Shown here: positions 20,511-30,593 of the stretch, in pieces
How positions within the stretch are numbered: position 1 is the first letter of the stretch
Layout of the letters: every line of letters begins with the position of its first letter
Source of the DNA: Pseudomonadota bacterium
GTDB lineage: Bacteria; Pseudomonadota; Alphaproteobacteria; Rhizobiales; Hyphomicrobiaceae
Direction: 5' to 3'
Assembly: GCA_023416575.1 (NCBI GenBank)
Contig: JAEZHL010000313.1
Coordinates: 1-61,358 of the forward strand
Length of the DNA stretch: 61,358 nt
Program-made: the position numbers and the translations under genes
Notes under the pieces: generated by a model
Told to the model about the DNA's origin: nothing
Seen by the model: the letters and a program-made list of their open reading frames with translations, nothing else
Database searches by the model: none

Positions 20511-20736
20511 ATCTGCGTCACGCTCCCCGGCAGCGCATGTGCGTCGGCTGTCATGATGCAACCGCGCCAAGGGCGCGCACGTGCCAGCCCGGCCCGACCG
20601 CCTCGAGCCCCTTTGCCTCGACCTCGCGAGCGGCGAATTGTTAGACGGATGCCCTAGCGAATTCAAGCGCATCCCCGACGCAGGGCGACGCCGAACGGGA
20701 GCTGACGGCACAAATCCTGCTGTCTGCGCGCGAGGC

Positions 20737-21126
20737 TCAGACCTTTGCGCTGAGCCCTGCAACGAGGCGCCGGACTTCCTCGATGGAAAGCTCGAGGTCG
20801 GCGATGATGTCGGCTGCCTCCCGGTGGTTGCGGCCTGCAGCCTCTGCCCGTACCGCGCCGCGTGCGACCTTCCATGCGCCGAGCGACAGGGCGGACCCTT
20901 TGAGGCTATGGGCCGCGTCGCGCCAAGCCTTGTCACTGGAAGCCGCCTTGAGCTCGGCCATGATGACTGGCACGTGACCCACGAAGAGTTGCAACACCTC
21001 ACGCTCGACGGCCTCATCCCCGAGCGTGTAGCGGCGCAGGTGCGCGAAATCGATCGGCGCGGATGTTTCCCAGCTCCGGTCCGCGAATGATTCGGGTTGC
21101 CGCTCCCCCGTCCTGACCATCGCCAT
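20737..21126 (-). CDS. Hpt domain-containing protein
   Basis: [22 protein letters not shown]...[12 protein letters not shown]; start uncertain (21126 or 21171). Confidence 0.88.
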   Translation of the reverse strand: MAMVRTGERQPESFADRSWETSAPIDFAHLRRYTLGDEAVEREVLQLFVGHVPVIMAELKAASSDKAWRDAAHSLKGSALSLGAWKVARGAVRAEAAGRNHREAADIIADLELSIEEVRRLVAGLSAKV

Positions 21127-21459
21127 CAGCCTTGCTTCCCAATCGCGCCAATCCAGTTCGAGCTTGGCCATCGCATTCCCCAGCCGAGTGGCCGTCGCTC
21201 CCGATGGCGGCACAGCCGATACCACGCCCGGCATAAACTCCAGCCACCCTAAGTCGTCATTAGACGTCGTATAAATCAAGGACTTGATAACGTTGGAATC
21301 GTCCGCCTCCATCGTTTTGCCCCAAAGAGGGCTTAGACCGGACGATGGCGAGGTAGTGGCAATTTCGTCACGCTCAGGCCGGCCGATGTTGAAAAATTGC
21401 CATATAGGCCTTGCCGTCCGGTTGCACTATGAAATTTCCGTGGGGGCGCCTCCGGGCGC

Positions 21460-24400
21460 ATGGGGAAGTCGGACGAGTTAATGGTTCAAGACCCGAAGAT
21501 CAAACGGGACAAGTCACCCGACTTGTCTCTGGTCGGATCATCGGCAGCCGCGCCGAAGCAAGCGACGTCGGCCCAAAGCAAGCCGGCGAGTTCCGGTCCC
21601 CCTCCTTTGCCGCCCTCCGCAACCGCAGCAACTGCCGGTGCCGCGGCGCTGCGGATCGACGCGCCGAAGGAAATCGCAGCGCCTCCCGCGTCGGCAGAAC
21701 GCAAGCCCGACGCCGCGATCGCGTTGCCTGCCTCGAAACCGGCGGAACGCGAAACGGCTCAGGACAGCCCGCGCAAGGCCCCGCCTCCGCCGCCGCCACC
21801 TGCTTCCCCAGCCCCTGACCAGTCGGCGGCGACTGCCGCCAAGATCGTGCGGCCGCTGAAGATTTCCGAGTTGCAGAGGAATGCGGAGCCGGCCCGCCCA
21901 CAGGCAGGAAGTGCCGCGGCCAGTCCGAGCGAGAAGGCAGCCGCTGCTGGCTCCCCCGCACCGGCCGGGAACGTCCCGAAGCAGAAGTCACCCGATACGG
22001 ACGGGGCCGCACCCGCGGGCCAGAAGACCGAGGCCGTATCCTCAGACGAGGAAACGACGACGGAGCGCAGGCCGGCACGGCGCCGGCCGGCAGGGCCTTC
22101 GCGCGCCCGCATCGCGGCGAATGACGACGCACCCTCGATCGGTGGTCTGATCTACGCCCTCAACGAACGGCCATCGAACAAGCCCTTCGTTTATGCCGCC
22201 GCCGCGAGCGGCGTCTGGGCAGCCATCGGCATAGCCTTCGCATGGGCTTTCATCAGCCGTGAGATGGGCGACGCGACCGGCTTCGTCGACGTCATCGGCC
22301 GACCGGCCACGCTGAGCGCGTTGGCGACGATCATCGGTCCGATCGCGCTGTTCTGGTTCCTGGCGCTGCTGGTCTGGCGGACCGAGGATCTGCGGCTGCG
22401 CTCGACCGCGATGACCGAGGTCGCTGTCCGCTTGGCCGAGCCAGACAGGATGGCCGAGCAGTCGATCGCCTCGCTCGGACAGGCGGTCCGCCGCCAGGTC
22501 TCCTTCATGAACGACGCCGTATCGCGCGCACTCGGGCGCGCCGGCGAGCTGGAAGCCCTGGTCCATAACGAAGTTACGGCGCTGGAGCGCTCCTACGAAG
22601 ACAACGAGCGCAAGATCCGCAGCTTGATCCAGGAGCTGTCCGGAGAGCGCAGCGCGCTCCTCAATACGACCGAGCGGGTCAACGAATCTCTCAAGAGCAT
22701 CGCCGGCGAGGTGCCGCTGCTCCTCGAGAAGCTCTCACACCAGCAGATGAAGCTCGCCACCATCATTGACGGGGCGGGGCAGAACCTGACGGCACTGGAG
22801 ACGTCCCTTGCCGATCAGACAGGGCGCCTCGAGCATACGCTTGGCACGCGGACCCAGCATATGCAGGCCGTGCTGCAGGATTACACCACAGCGCTCGGGT
22901 CCGCTCTCGGCAATCGCGCCGAGCAGATGCAGGCCGTTCTGCAGGACTATACCGCCGCCCTCGGCTCATCGCTCGGCAGCCGCACGGAACAGATGCAGGC
23001 CGTGCTGGAGCAATACACTGCTGAATTCGGCGAATCTCTCAGCGGTCGATCCGAGCAGATCCAGAAAATGTTCGAGGGCTATAAGCAGAACATCGACCGC
23101 TCGCTGGCCAGCCGCACGGAAAACCTGCAGACCGTCTTTGAGGAGTATGCGCGCGCGCTCGACTCGACGCTCGCCAATCGAGCGCAGGCGCTGGATATGC
23201 AGCTGGTCCAGCGCACAGCAGCGCTCGACCATGCGTTCAGTGAGCGGCTGAAGGCGTTCGACGAGTCGATCCTTCGCTCCACGCTGGCGATCGACAGCGC
23301 CATCGGGGAAAAGGCCGAATCCCTCACCACCGCGCTCGACAATCATGCCCGCAGCCTGACCGATACCATCGGCCGGCAAGCGATCGAGCTCGACGAGACG
23401 CTCATGCAGGGCATCGCCGCTGTCCGGCGCACCAGCGAGAACATCACGCGGCAGTCCGTGAAGGCGATCGAGGGGCTGTCCAGCCAGTCAGAGCTGCTGA
23501 AAAGCGTCTCGGAAAACCTGCTCTCGCAGATCAATGGCGTCACCAACAGGTTCGAGAGCCAGGGCCAGTCGATCATGCGGGCCGCCAATGCCCTCGAGTC
23601 CGCGAACTACAAGATCGACGCCACGCTGCAGAGCCGTCAGGAGCAGCTGTCCGAGACCCTCGAGCGCCTGACCGGGAAGGCCGAAGAGGTGAGCCAGCTC
23701 ATGTACGGGGCGTCGTCCTCGCTCGAGGGCTCCCTCTCCCAGGCCGAGCAGCGCGCACGTCAGCTGACCCACGAGCTGACCAAGGGCGCGGAAGTCCGTT
23801 CGCGCTCGGCCCTCGCCGAGATCGAGCGCATGAAGATCGCGGCGAACGTCGAGGCCGATCGCGCCTTCGACGAGCTGACGTCCAGGTTCTCGCGCGTTTC
23901 CCGCCAGGTCACCGAGCAGCTCAGCCAGCTGCAGACGCAGTTCAACGCCACGTCGGCCGATGTACGCACCCAGGCCCAGCAAGCAGCCAACGAGCTCGCC
24001 ACCGAGCAGGCCCGTCTCCGCCGGCAGATCGAGGCGCTGCCGCACGCGACCCGCGAAAGCTCCGAGGCCGTGCGTCAGGCGCTCAATGACCAGCTCCGCG
24101 CTCTGGAAGAGCTTTCCAGCCTCACTGCGCGGGAAGCAGCCCGCAGGGACGTGATGCCGCCCGCGCCGCCGCCGATCGCGGGCGGACCACTGACGCCGGT
24201 TTCACCGCCGCCGCCGACGCCGCATGAGCGCCAGCGCTCCCTGAGCTCCCTGACCTCCACGCTTGCCAGCGAAATGGGCCAGCGGCAGCGCAAACCCGCT
24301 CCTTCCATCGTTCCCGACATCGAGACGCGGGATAACTGGTCGCTCGGAGACCTGCTGGCGCGCGCCTCCCGCGACGAGGATGGCGCCGGCCGGCAGCAAC

Positions 24401-24762
24401 CGCCGCCACCGCCTCTGGCCGGCTCGGGAGCGGCGCCCATCGACGTCGATCTGCTGGCACGGGCGCTCGATCAGGCCACGGCATCCGCCATCTGGTCGCG
24501 GTTCCGCGCCGGTCAGCGCGGCATCATGGTGCGCAGCATCTATTCGGCCGAGGGCCGCGCGGCGTTCGACGAGGTCAGCCGCCGCTTCCGGTCGGACCCG
24601 GCGTTCCAGCAGATGGTCAATCGCTACCTCGATGAGTTCGAGCGCTCTCTCCACGAGACGGAGCAGGACGAGGGCAGCGCCCGCCTGCTGGCGAGCCATC
24701 TCGTTTCCGACACGGGCCGCGTCTACCTGTTTCTGGCCCACGCCAGCGGCCGCCTCTCTTGA
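21460..24762 (+). CDS. Polar growth scaffold protein, GPR/RgsE-like (apolipoprotein-type repeats)
   Basis: Pro/Ala-rich N-terminus, AAND motif, 2 TM helices, MTEVAVRLAEP...RALGRAGELEALVHNEVTALERSY, 22-aa repeats, C-terminal GRVYLFLAHASGRL; synteny with Hpt/fdx/reductase; alternative start 21481. Confidence 0.8.
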   Translation: MGKSDELMVQDPKIKRDKSPDLSLVGSSAAAPKQATSAQSKPASSGPPPLPPSATAATAGAAALRIDAPKEIAAPPASAERKPDAAIALPASKPAERETAQDSPRKAPPPPPPPASPAPDQSAATAAKIVRPLKISELQRNAEPARPQAGSAAASPSEKAAAAGSPAPAGNVPKQKSPDTDGAAPAGQKTEAVSSDEETTTERRPARRRPAGPSRARIAANDDAPSIGGLIYALNERPSNKPFVYAAAASGVWAAIGIAFAWAFISREMGDATGFVDVIGRPATLSALATIIGPIALFWFLALLVWRTEDLRLRSTAMTEVAVRLAEPDRMAEQSIASLGQAVRRQVSFMNDAVSRALGRAGELEALVHNEVTALERSYEDNERKIRSLIQELSGERSALLNTTERVNESLKSIAGEVPLLLEKLSHQQMKLATIIDGAGQNLTALETSLADQTGRLEHTLGTRTQHMQAVLQDYTTALGSALGNRAEQMQAVLQDYTAALGSSLGSRTEQMQAVLEQYTAEFGESLSGRSEQIQKMFEGYKQNIDRSLASRTENLQTVFEEYARALDSTLANRAQALDMQLVQRTAALDHAFSERLKAFDESILRSTLAIDSAIGEKAESLTTALDNHARSLTDTIGRQAIELDETLMQGIAAVRRTSENITRQSVKAIEGLSSQSELLKSVSENLLSQINGVTNRFESQGQSIMRAANALESANYKIDATLQSRQEQLSETLERLTGKAEEVSQLMYGASSSLEGSLSQAEQRARQLTHELTKGAEVRSRSALAEIERMKIAANVEADRAFDELTSRFSRVSRQVTEQLSQLQTQFNATSADVRTQAQQAANELATEQARLRRQIEALPHATRESSEAVRQALNDQLRALEELSSLTAREAARRDVMPPAPPPIAGGPLTPVSPPPPTPHERQRSLSSLTSTLASEMGQRQRKPAPSIVPDIETRDNWSLGDLLARASRDEDGAGRQQPPPPPLAGSGAAPIDVDLLARALDQATASAIWSRFRAGQRGIMVRSIYSAEGRAAFDEVSRRFRSDPAFQQMVNRYLDEFERSLHETEQDEGSARLLASHLVSDTGRVYLFLAHASGRLS
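22840..23235 (+). repeat. Intragenic 66-bp (22-aa) tandem repeats, about 6 copies
   Basis: LGTRTQHMQAVLQDYTTALGSA / LGNRAEQMQAVLQDYTAALGSS / LGSRTEQMQAVLEQYTAEFGES, followed by more degenerate copies. Confidence 0.85.
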
Positions 24763-24794
24763 CGCCGGCGGGAACGACGCGCACTTGCCAGGGC

Positions 24795-25769
24795 ATGCAT
24801 AAGCTGACCATCGGAGCCGCCATCGAAAGCTGGCCGCTCGCCAGGGAATTCGTCATTTCCCGGGGCGCGAAGCGGGAAGCGCATGTCGTTGTCGCCACCG
24901 TCTCCGACGGAAGATGGACCGGCCGCGGCGAGTGCGTTCCCTATGTCCGCTATGGGCAGACGCCGGAAGCAACCCTCGCCACCTTGCAGACCATCGGCGA
25001 GATCGTCGATCGCGATCGCCTGAACCGCGATTGGCCACCCGATGCAGCCCGCAACGCCCTCGATTCCGCGCTTTGGGATCTGGAGGCCAAACGTGCCGGC
25101 AAACGCGCCGCCGAGATTGCCGGTCTCGACGACGTACGCCCGGTCCTCACCTGCTACACCCTGAGCCTGGACACTCCCGAGGCGATGGCAGCCGCCGCGC
25201 GCGCCGTGCCGCACCTGCCGCTGCTCAAACTGAAGCTCGGCCAACGCGGGGATGCGGAGCGCATGCGGGCAGTCCGGCAGGCGCGCCCCGACGCGCGGCT
25301 CGTCGCTGATGCCAACGAAGGCTGGGATGTGGGCGATCTCACCCAACTTCTGGACGTCGCCGCCGAAACCGGGTTCGAGCTCATCGAGCAGCCGCTGCCC
25401 GCTGATCGTGACAGTGCGCTGGCCCAGATCGAGCGACGCGTCCCAGTTTGCGCGGACGAGACGGCTCACACGTCCGCCGGTCTCATACCGCTGCGCGACC
25501 GCTACGACGCGGTCAACATCAAACTCGACAAGACCGGCGGGTTGACCGAAGCCCTGCACATGGCGCGCGAGGCGCGCCGGCTCGGCTTCCGCATCATGGC
25601 CGGCTGCATGGTGGCCACGTCGCTGGCCATGGCGCCGGCCCTTCTCGTCGCGCAGCTCGCCGACTGGGCGGATCTCGATGGCCCGCTGCTGCTCGCCCGC
25701 GACCGTGAGTTCGGTCTGGCAATCCACGATGGCATCATCGCGCCGCCCGATCCCCGGCTGTGGGGATGA
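24795..25769 (+). CDS. Dipeptide epimerase (L-Ala-D/L-Glu epimerase / DgcA-like), enolase superfamily
   Basis: FVISRG, KLKLG, DANEGW, EQP, CADE, NIKLDKTGG, GCM, DLDGPLLL. Confidence 0.92.
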   Translation: MHKLTIGAAIESWPLAREFVISRGAKREAHVVVATVSDGRWTGRGECVPYVRYGQTPEATLATLQTIGEIVDRDRLNRDWPPDAARNALDSALWDLEAKRAGKRAAEIAGLDDVRPVLTCYTLSLDTPEAMAAAARAVPHLPLLKLKLGQRGDAERMRAVRQARPDARLVADANEGWDVGDLTQLLDVAAETGFELIEQPLPADRDSALAQIERRVPVCADETAHTSAGLIPLRDRYDAVNIKLDKTGGLTEALHMAREARRLGFRIMAGCMVATSLAMAPALLVAQLADWADLDGPLLLARDREFGLAIHDGIIAPPDPRLWG

Positions 25770-25808
25770 TCCCGGCTGCGTGGATCCTGCCCTTCCGCCT
25801 GCTTTACG

Positions 25809-26987
25809 TTATCCTTCCCGTCTCAGCAGCAACGCCGCGACGAGCCCCGCGCACGCGACGCATGTCATGACGAGATAGGCCGCTCCGCCAAAGGGCCCAT
25901 AGAGTATGCCGGACAGCAGCGTGGCGGCGCCCATGCCGAGCCCACCGGTAGCTGCAGCCAGAAGGGATTGCGCCGTACCCGCCTGCTCCTGGGGCACCAC
26001 CCGCTGAATGACGTGAATGGCGCCGAAATGGGTCGCGCCGAAGGTCAGGGCATGCAGGATCTGCAGCGGCAGCAGCAGTGCCACCGGAGGGTCGAACGCC
26101 ATCACACTCCAGCGCACGACGGCTGCAACGCCTCCAGCGATGATGAACGCGGCCGGACCGATGGCATTGAGAAACTTCCCCACCGTCGCGAACAGGATCA
26201 CCTCGGCGATCACCCCGACCGACCAAAGCACGCCGATCGTCAGCCCGGAGATGCCCTGGCTCTGCCAATGCAGGGTGCCGAAGACGTAGAACATCGCATG
26301 GCTGGACTGGACGAGGCTCACGGCAATGATGAGCAAAACGAACGTGCGTGAGCCCGCAACCTCGGCCACCGCGCCCAAGGTCAGGCGACCTGGCTTACCC
26401 GCCGGCGCCGCGCGCGCATCTGAGCTTTGCGGCACAGGCAACAGCCATGCAGCAGCCAGCAACGCCCCAGCGCTTGCGGCCAGAATCCAGACGATCGACG
26501 GGGCTCCCGCGTACTGGACCACGGCGCCACCGACGAGAGTAGCCGCGATGAAGCTCACCGAGCCCCACACGCGCATGCGCCCGTAGTCGACGCCGAGCTC
26601 GCGCACACCGGACAGCGCGATCGCCTCTCCGATCGGCCCAGTCGTCTGTGTCCCGATCAGGAATACGGCCGAAAACAACAGGATCGCGGTGAGCGTGTGC
26701 GACTGGCTGAGCGCCAGCACGGCGCCCATGCCGCACGCCGCAGCGATCACGACGGCGCGGCGGCGGTCACCGGAGCGATCGGCAAGGAATGCAGCTGCTG
26801 GTCCGATGATGAGGCGGAGAAAGAGCGGCACGGAAGTTACGAGGCCAATCTCTGCCGCCGAAAGGCCGCGCCAGTCCAGCCATACCGGGAAGAGGGGCAA
26901 CTGAACGCCATAGACCAGGAAAAGCGCCGCGAAAAACAGCGACAGGCGGATGCCGAACCCCTGGCCGAACCTTGTGGACGTGGTCAC
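25809..26987 (-). CDS. MFS transporter (MFS_1-like, HcaT/nucleoside-symporter related)
   Basis: About 12 TM; DYGRMRVWGSVSFI, QSSHAMFY, GVIAEV, QILHALTFG; start uncertain. Confidence 0.88.
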   Translation of the reverse strand: MTTSTRFGQGFGIRLSLFFAALFLVYGVQLPLFPVWLDWRGLSAAEIGLVTSVPLFLRLIIGPAAAFLADRSGDRRRAVVIAAACGMGAVLALSQSHTLTAILLFSAVFLIGTQTTGPIGEAIALSGVRELGVDYGRMRVWGSVSFIAATLVGGAVVQYAGAPSIVWILAASAGALLAAAWLLPVPQSSDARAAPAGKPGRLTLGAVAEVAGSRTFVLLIIAVSLVQSSHAMFYVFGTLHWQSQGISGLTIGVLWSVGVIAEVILFATVGKFLNAIGPAAFIIAGGVAAVVRWSVMAFDPPVALLLPLQILHALTFGATHFGAIHVIQRVVPQEQAGTAQSLLAAATGGLGMGAATLLSGILYGPFGGAAYLVMTCVACAGLVAALLLRREG

Positions 26988-27129
26988 TGCGCACAAGCCC
27001 GACAAAAAAGGCCTTTGGACGAATCGCGGGTGCTACCGCACCACCCCCCCGAATCGGCGTATGTCGTTTGAAACAGCATCAAGTGAGTGACCGGACCCTG
27101 CCATGCACCAAAATCAAGCGTATGCGCGA

Positions 27130-27804
27130 ATGTCCATCGACGTCGAGCAGGAGTATCGCGCCATCGAGGCGGCCCTGCTCAACAATCCCCGTGGCCGCTG
27201 GTTTCTGGCCGAGCACGGGCGGCGCGCCCGCCGGCTGGACAGCCTTCTCCTCGAGGAGGCGATCGAGCGGCTGCAGAACTCCATTCGCCAGCCGCCGGCG
27301 CTCCTCAACCAGCTGCAGCACGAGGTCGAAGAGCTCGGCCAGTTCCTGCGCGACACGCGGACGGAGCTGCTGGCCAAGCCGCAGCGGCTCGCAACGGACG
27401 CTCCGAGCGACGCACCGGCCGATGGTATCCTGCGCGCTGCCGAGGACCTGCACGAGCTCGCCTGGACCTTGCAGTCGAATGACATCAACGCGGACGCCTG
27501 CGAGAAGATCGCGCGGCAAGCTTCCTCCATCTATGCCCTGAGCGTGCGTCAGGCACTCGAATCGGAGCGCACGCAGAAGCTCGCCATCGCCCTCGATGCA
27601 GCGTGCGCGCGGTTGGACTCGGTGATGGAGACCATCAGTCACGAGTCCAAGATCGACGAAGAGCTGCCCTCGACCCCCGACGAGCTGCAATCCATGAGTG
27701 CGCTGCTCGCGGAAGAGATCCTGCCGCCGGTCGAGAACGAGATCGGCGCAACTGACTCCGCAGACAAAGAGCCCAACCTCGACGATTTGATCGAAAAGGG
27801 CTGA
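27130..27804 (+). CDS. CheZ-like protein (alphaproteobacterial type), degenerate active site
   Basis: EYRAIEAALLNNPRGRWFLAEHGRR and ILRAAEDLHELAWTL...CEKI match rhizobial CheZ-like proteins as recalled; FQDxxxQR appears as RQALESER. Confidence 0.6.
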   Translation: MSIDVEQEYRAIEAALLNNPRGRWFLAEHGRRARRLDSLLLEEAIERLQNSIRQPPALLNQLQHEVEELGQFLRDTRTELLAKPQRLATDAPSDAPADGILRAAEDLHELAWTLQSNDINADACEKIARQASSIYALSVRQALESERTQKLAIALDAACARLDSVMETISHESKIDEELPSTPDELQSMSALLAEEILPPVENEIGATDSADKEPNLDDLIEKG

Positions 27805-27814
27805 TGAGCTGACG

Positions 27815-27846
27815 CAGGTTTCGCATCCTGGCTCATGCGAAACCTG
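27815..27846. terminator. Inverted repeat between convergent genes
   Basis: CAGGTTTCGCAT-N8-ATGCGAAACCTG, perfect 12-bp stem. Confidence 0.65.
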
Positions 27847-27907
27847 AACTGAGATCGGGTCGAGGTTGCGCCCTTGACCCGATTCTTTTCACATTCTGGC
27901 ACAGTGA

Positions 27908-28891
27908 CTATCGGGCGCCGATGATCTCGGCGAAGAGCGTCGGATCGATATTGCCGCCCGAAAGCACGCAGCACACCGTACGGCCGAATGCCGGAACTTT
28001 GCCCGCGAGCACCGCTGCCAGGGCCGCAGCGCCACCGGGCTCGACGACCAGCTTCAGCTCCTCGAATGCGAAGCGCACGGCGGCGCGGACTTCTTCATCG
28101 GTGACGACCGCCCCACCCGCGAGCTTTTGCTTCGCGAGCTCGAACGTCAGCTCGCCAGGCGTCGCCACGAGCAACGCATCGCAGATAGAGCCGGCAAGCT
28201 GGGCGTTGCGCTCCCTGTTGCCGCTGACCAGCGACCGCGCCAGATCATCGAAACCAGCCGGCTCTGCGCTGTAGACCTCGGTCGCCGGGCTCACCTCCTT
28301 GACCGCGATTGCAATACCCGTGATAAGGCCGCCGCCGGAGCACGGCGCCAGCACCACATCCGGCACGGCATTCATCGCCTCAGCTTGCGCCATCAGCTCG
28401 AGGCCGACCGTCCCCTGCCCGGAAATCACGTCGAAGTGATCGAAGGGCGGAACGAACGCGGCATTGCGCTCGCTGCAGAGAGCGCGGGCGATGGCGTCGC
28501 GGTCCTCGGTCTCGCGGTTGTAGGTCACGACCTCGGCCCCGTAGCTCCGGGTTCGCGCGATCTTGAGCTGTGGGGCATCCTCGGGCATGACGATCGCTGC
28601 GTTCATGCCGCAGATCATGGCCGCCGCCGCAACACCTTGCGCGTGATTGCCAGACGAGCATGCGACGACGCCACCAGGAAACCGGCTCCGGTCGACCTGC
28701 GAAACAGCGTTGTAGGCGCCGCGGAACTTGAAGGATCCGACGCGCTGCAGAATCTCAAGCTTGAGTAAGATCCGGCCACCCGTCCTGGCGTTGAGCACGG
28801 GATGCTCGATGAGCGGTGTACGCGTGACGAGCGCACCCATCCTCTCAGCGGCCGCAAGGACGTCGTTGTAGGTCGGCAATTGATGTTCCAT
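27908..28891 (-). CDS. Threonine/serine dehydratase (PLP-dependent)
   Basis: GSFKFRGA, SSGNHAQGVA, GQGTVGLE, SGGGL, VVEPGGA, LSGGN. Confidence 0.93.
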   Translation of the reverse strand: MEHQLPTYNDVLAAAERMGALVTRTPLIEHPVLNARTGGRILLKLEILQRVGSFKFRGAYNAVSQVDRSRFPGGVVACSSGNHAQGVAAAAMICGMNAAIVMPEDAPQLKIARTRSYGAEVVTYNRETEDRDAIARALCSERNAAFVPPFDHFDVISGQGTVGLELMAQAEAMNAVPDVVLAPCSGGGLITGIAIAVKEVSPATEVYSAEPAGFDDLARSLVSGNRERNAQLAGSICDALLVATPGELTFELAKQKLAGGAVVTDEEVRAAVRFAFEELKLVVEPGGAAALAAVLAGKVPAFGRTVCCVLSGGNIDPTLFAEIIGAR

Positions 28892-29016
28892 CGCTGCAAG
28901 CTCCGCGTGCGGGACCAATGACCTTGGCAAAGGCGGGAGTATCGCGCCAGGCGAGCGCGCATGACAACGGCCGGTATCCCGAGGACACCGGCCGCACACT
29001 GCTTCTCCGACTTAGC

Positions 29017-30285
29017 TCATTTCAGCGGAAGTGCGCCACCCCAATTCATCTTCAGGCCGACGCTGATGATATCCGCCGAGCTCTCGATCTCTCCGGCAAC
29101 CCTGTTCAGATTGGCGGTAGCCGTACGATCGAAGTCGCCGTCATCGATGAAGACGTGCGAGTAGGCGAGATTGACGGTGACGCTGTCGCTCCACTTGTAC
29201 GCCGCACCGGCGCTCAGCCAGATGCGATCCGCATCCGGCACGGCAACGAGCAGTTGATCGGGTGAATCGGCGGGGGAGATCTCATAAGCTACGCCAGCCC
29301 GGAGCGTGAGTAGCGGGCTGTAATCGTACTCCGCGCCGAGCGCGAAGAACCAACCATCATCCCAGTTTGTATGGACGACGAGATCGGGACCCGCGCTATC
29401 AACCCGCAGCTCCCGGAAGCGGCTCCAGTTCGTCCACTCGACCGTGCCCATCAGGCGAACATCTGGCGCAACCGCCTGCGTGAGGCTCAGGGTGACGATG
29501 TCGGGCAGCTTGAGCTCCGCTTTCGCCGAGCCCTTTCCGACACCGACAACCCCTGCATCACCATCGAGCGTATGCGTCATCTGTGAACGCCAGCCGAGGC
29601 CGATGCTGGTGCCTGCCGAGGGCTGGTAGAGGATGCCGGCGGTAGCGCCGAAGGCGACGTCGTCGCCCCTGAAGAAGCTGTTCGGATCGTTCGGCGTTTC
29701 GGCGGCGTACTTGAGGCGCACGTCGGCGTACTGCACTTGCAGGCCGGCACCGACGATCAGCCCGGGCGCGACGCGATACGCGACGTTCGGATTGAGATTA
29801 TAGGTCTGCAGATCGGACGTTCGCGCCAGAACAGCCCCCGCATACCTTGGGTTGTCCGGCTCCGTCGAAATCCCAAATGGCGAGTTCAGCGCCACCCCGA
29901 CGAACAGGTTCGGGTCGAGCCCCGTAAGCTGGTACGCCGCATAGCTGGCGCCATTGAATGCGATATCAGCAATGTCCGACCGGCGCGGGAACCCGTCCAG
30001 CTCCTTCGACGTGGACTGCACGATCACCTCGGCTTGCGGGATGATCAAGGTGTAAGCCGACTCCGTATTCAAGCCGGGCAAAATGGCGGTGGCAGCGGGG
30101 TTCCAGAACATGGAGCTGAGCGCGCCGCCCGAGGCGCTGCCAGCGAACGAGAGCCCCTGGTACTGGGCCGACTGCTCGCGCAGCGCAAAGCCCCCGGCAG
30201 CAGCCACATTCGCGGTGGAAACGAGCGCCCCACCCGCCACTGCAACAACCGCAAGAATCCCCGTCTTCTTATCCATTGTACTCAT
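29017..30285 (-). CDS. OmpP1/FadL family outer-membrane transporter
   Basis: Signal peptide then GGFALREQS...AG...FWNPA; alternating beta-strands; WDDGWF, PDADRIW. Confidence 0.92.
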   Translation of the reverse strand: MSTMDKKTGILAVVAVAGGALVSTANVAAAGGFALREQSAQYQGLSFAGSASGGALSSMFWNPAATAILPGLNTESAYTLIIPQAEVIVQSTSKELDGFPRRSDIADIAFNGASYAAYQLTGLDPNLFVGVALNSPFGISTEPDNPRYAGAVLARTSDLQTYNLNPNVAYRVAPGLIVGAGLQVQYADVRLKYAAETPNDPNSFFRGDDVAFGATAGILYQPSAGTSIGLGWRSQMTHTLDGDAGVVGVGKGSAKAELKLPDIVTLSLTQAVAPDVRLMGTVEWTNWSRFRELRVDSAGPDLVVHTNWDDGWFFALGAEYDYSPLLTLRAGVAYEISPADSPDQLLVAVPDADRIWLSAGAAYKWSDSVTVNLAYSHVFIDDGDFDRTATANLNRVAGEIESSADIISVGLKMNWGGALPLK

Positions 30286-30465
30286 GGCCCCGCGCTGACA
30301 GCCGTTCGGCGGACCACCCCACATGGTCTGCTGCAACGGCTTTTCGTGAACACCGTAGCTCCTGAGCCGTGATTGGCTCAAACCAAAGAAGCGCAAACTG
30401 AGCGCGTGCAAACCAGAATTGGAGTGAGGTGTGTCAGCGGTGCCGCATGCCGGGCTCTGGCCAGC

Positions 30466-30593
30466 GAAAAACCGGCCCGGATGAAACCGGACCGGTTCTT
30501 CGATAGAGTCGAACAATGTCCGACTCTCCCCCCGAAGCTCGCTCCGAACCCCCCGATCCGGATTTGGTCATGCCCCACGCGAGCTCAATTTCC
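30466..30593 (-). ncRNA. Candidate structured small RNA or attenuated leader (unassigned family)
   Basis: Minus strand: promoter-like TTGCCG-N17-CAGTCT (30628-30600), nested stems 30586-30535, 10-bp hairpin 30527-30505, intrinsic terminator 30497-30467. Confidence 0.5.
30467..30497 (-). terminator. Rho-independent terminator
   Basis: AACCGGTCCGG-TTTCAT-CCGGGCCGGTT-TTT on the minus strand. Confidence 0.75.

Noticed and set aside
22840..23235. Periodic repeats considered as a CRISPR or non-coding array
   Set aside because: In-frame 66-bp coding repeats without unique spacers; no cas genes.
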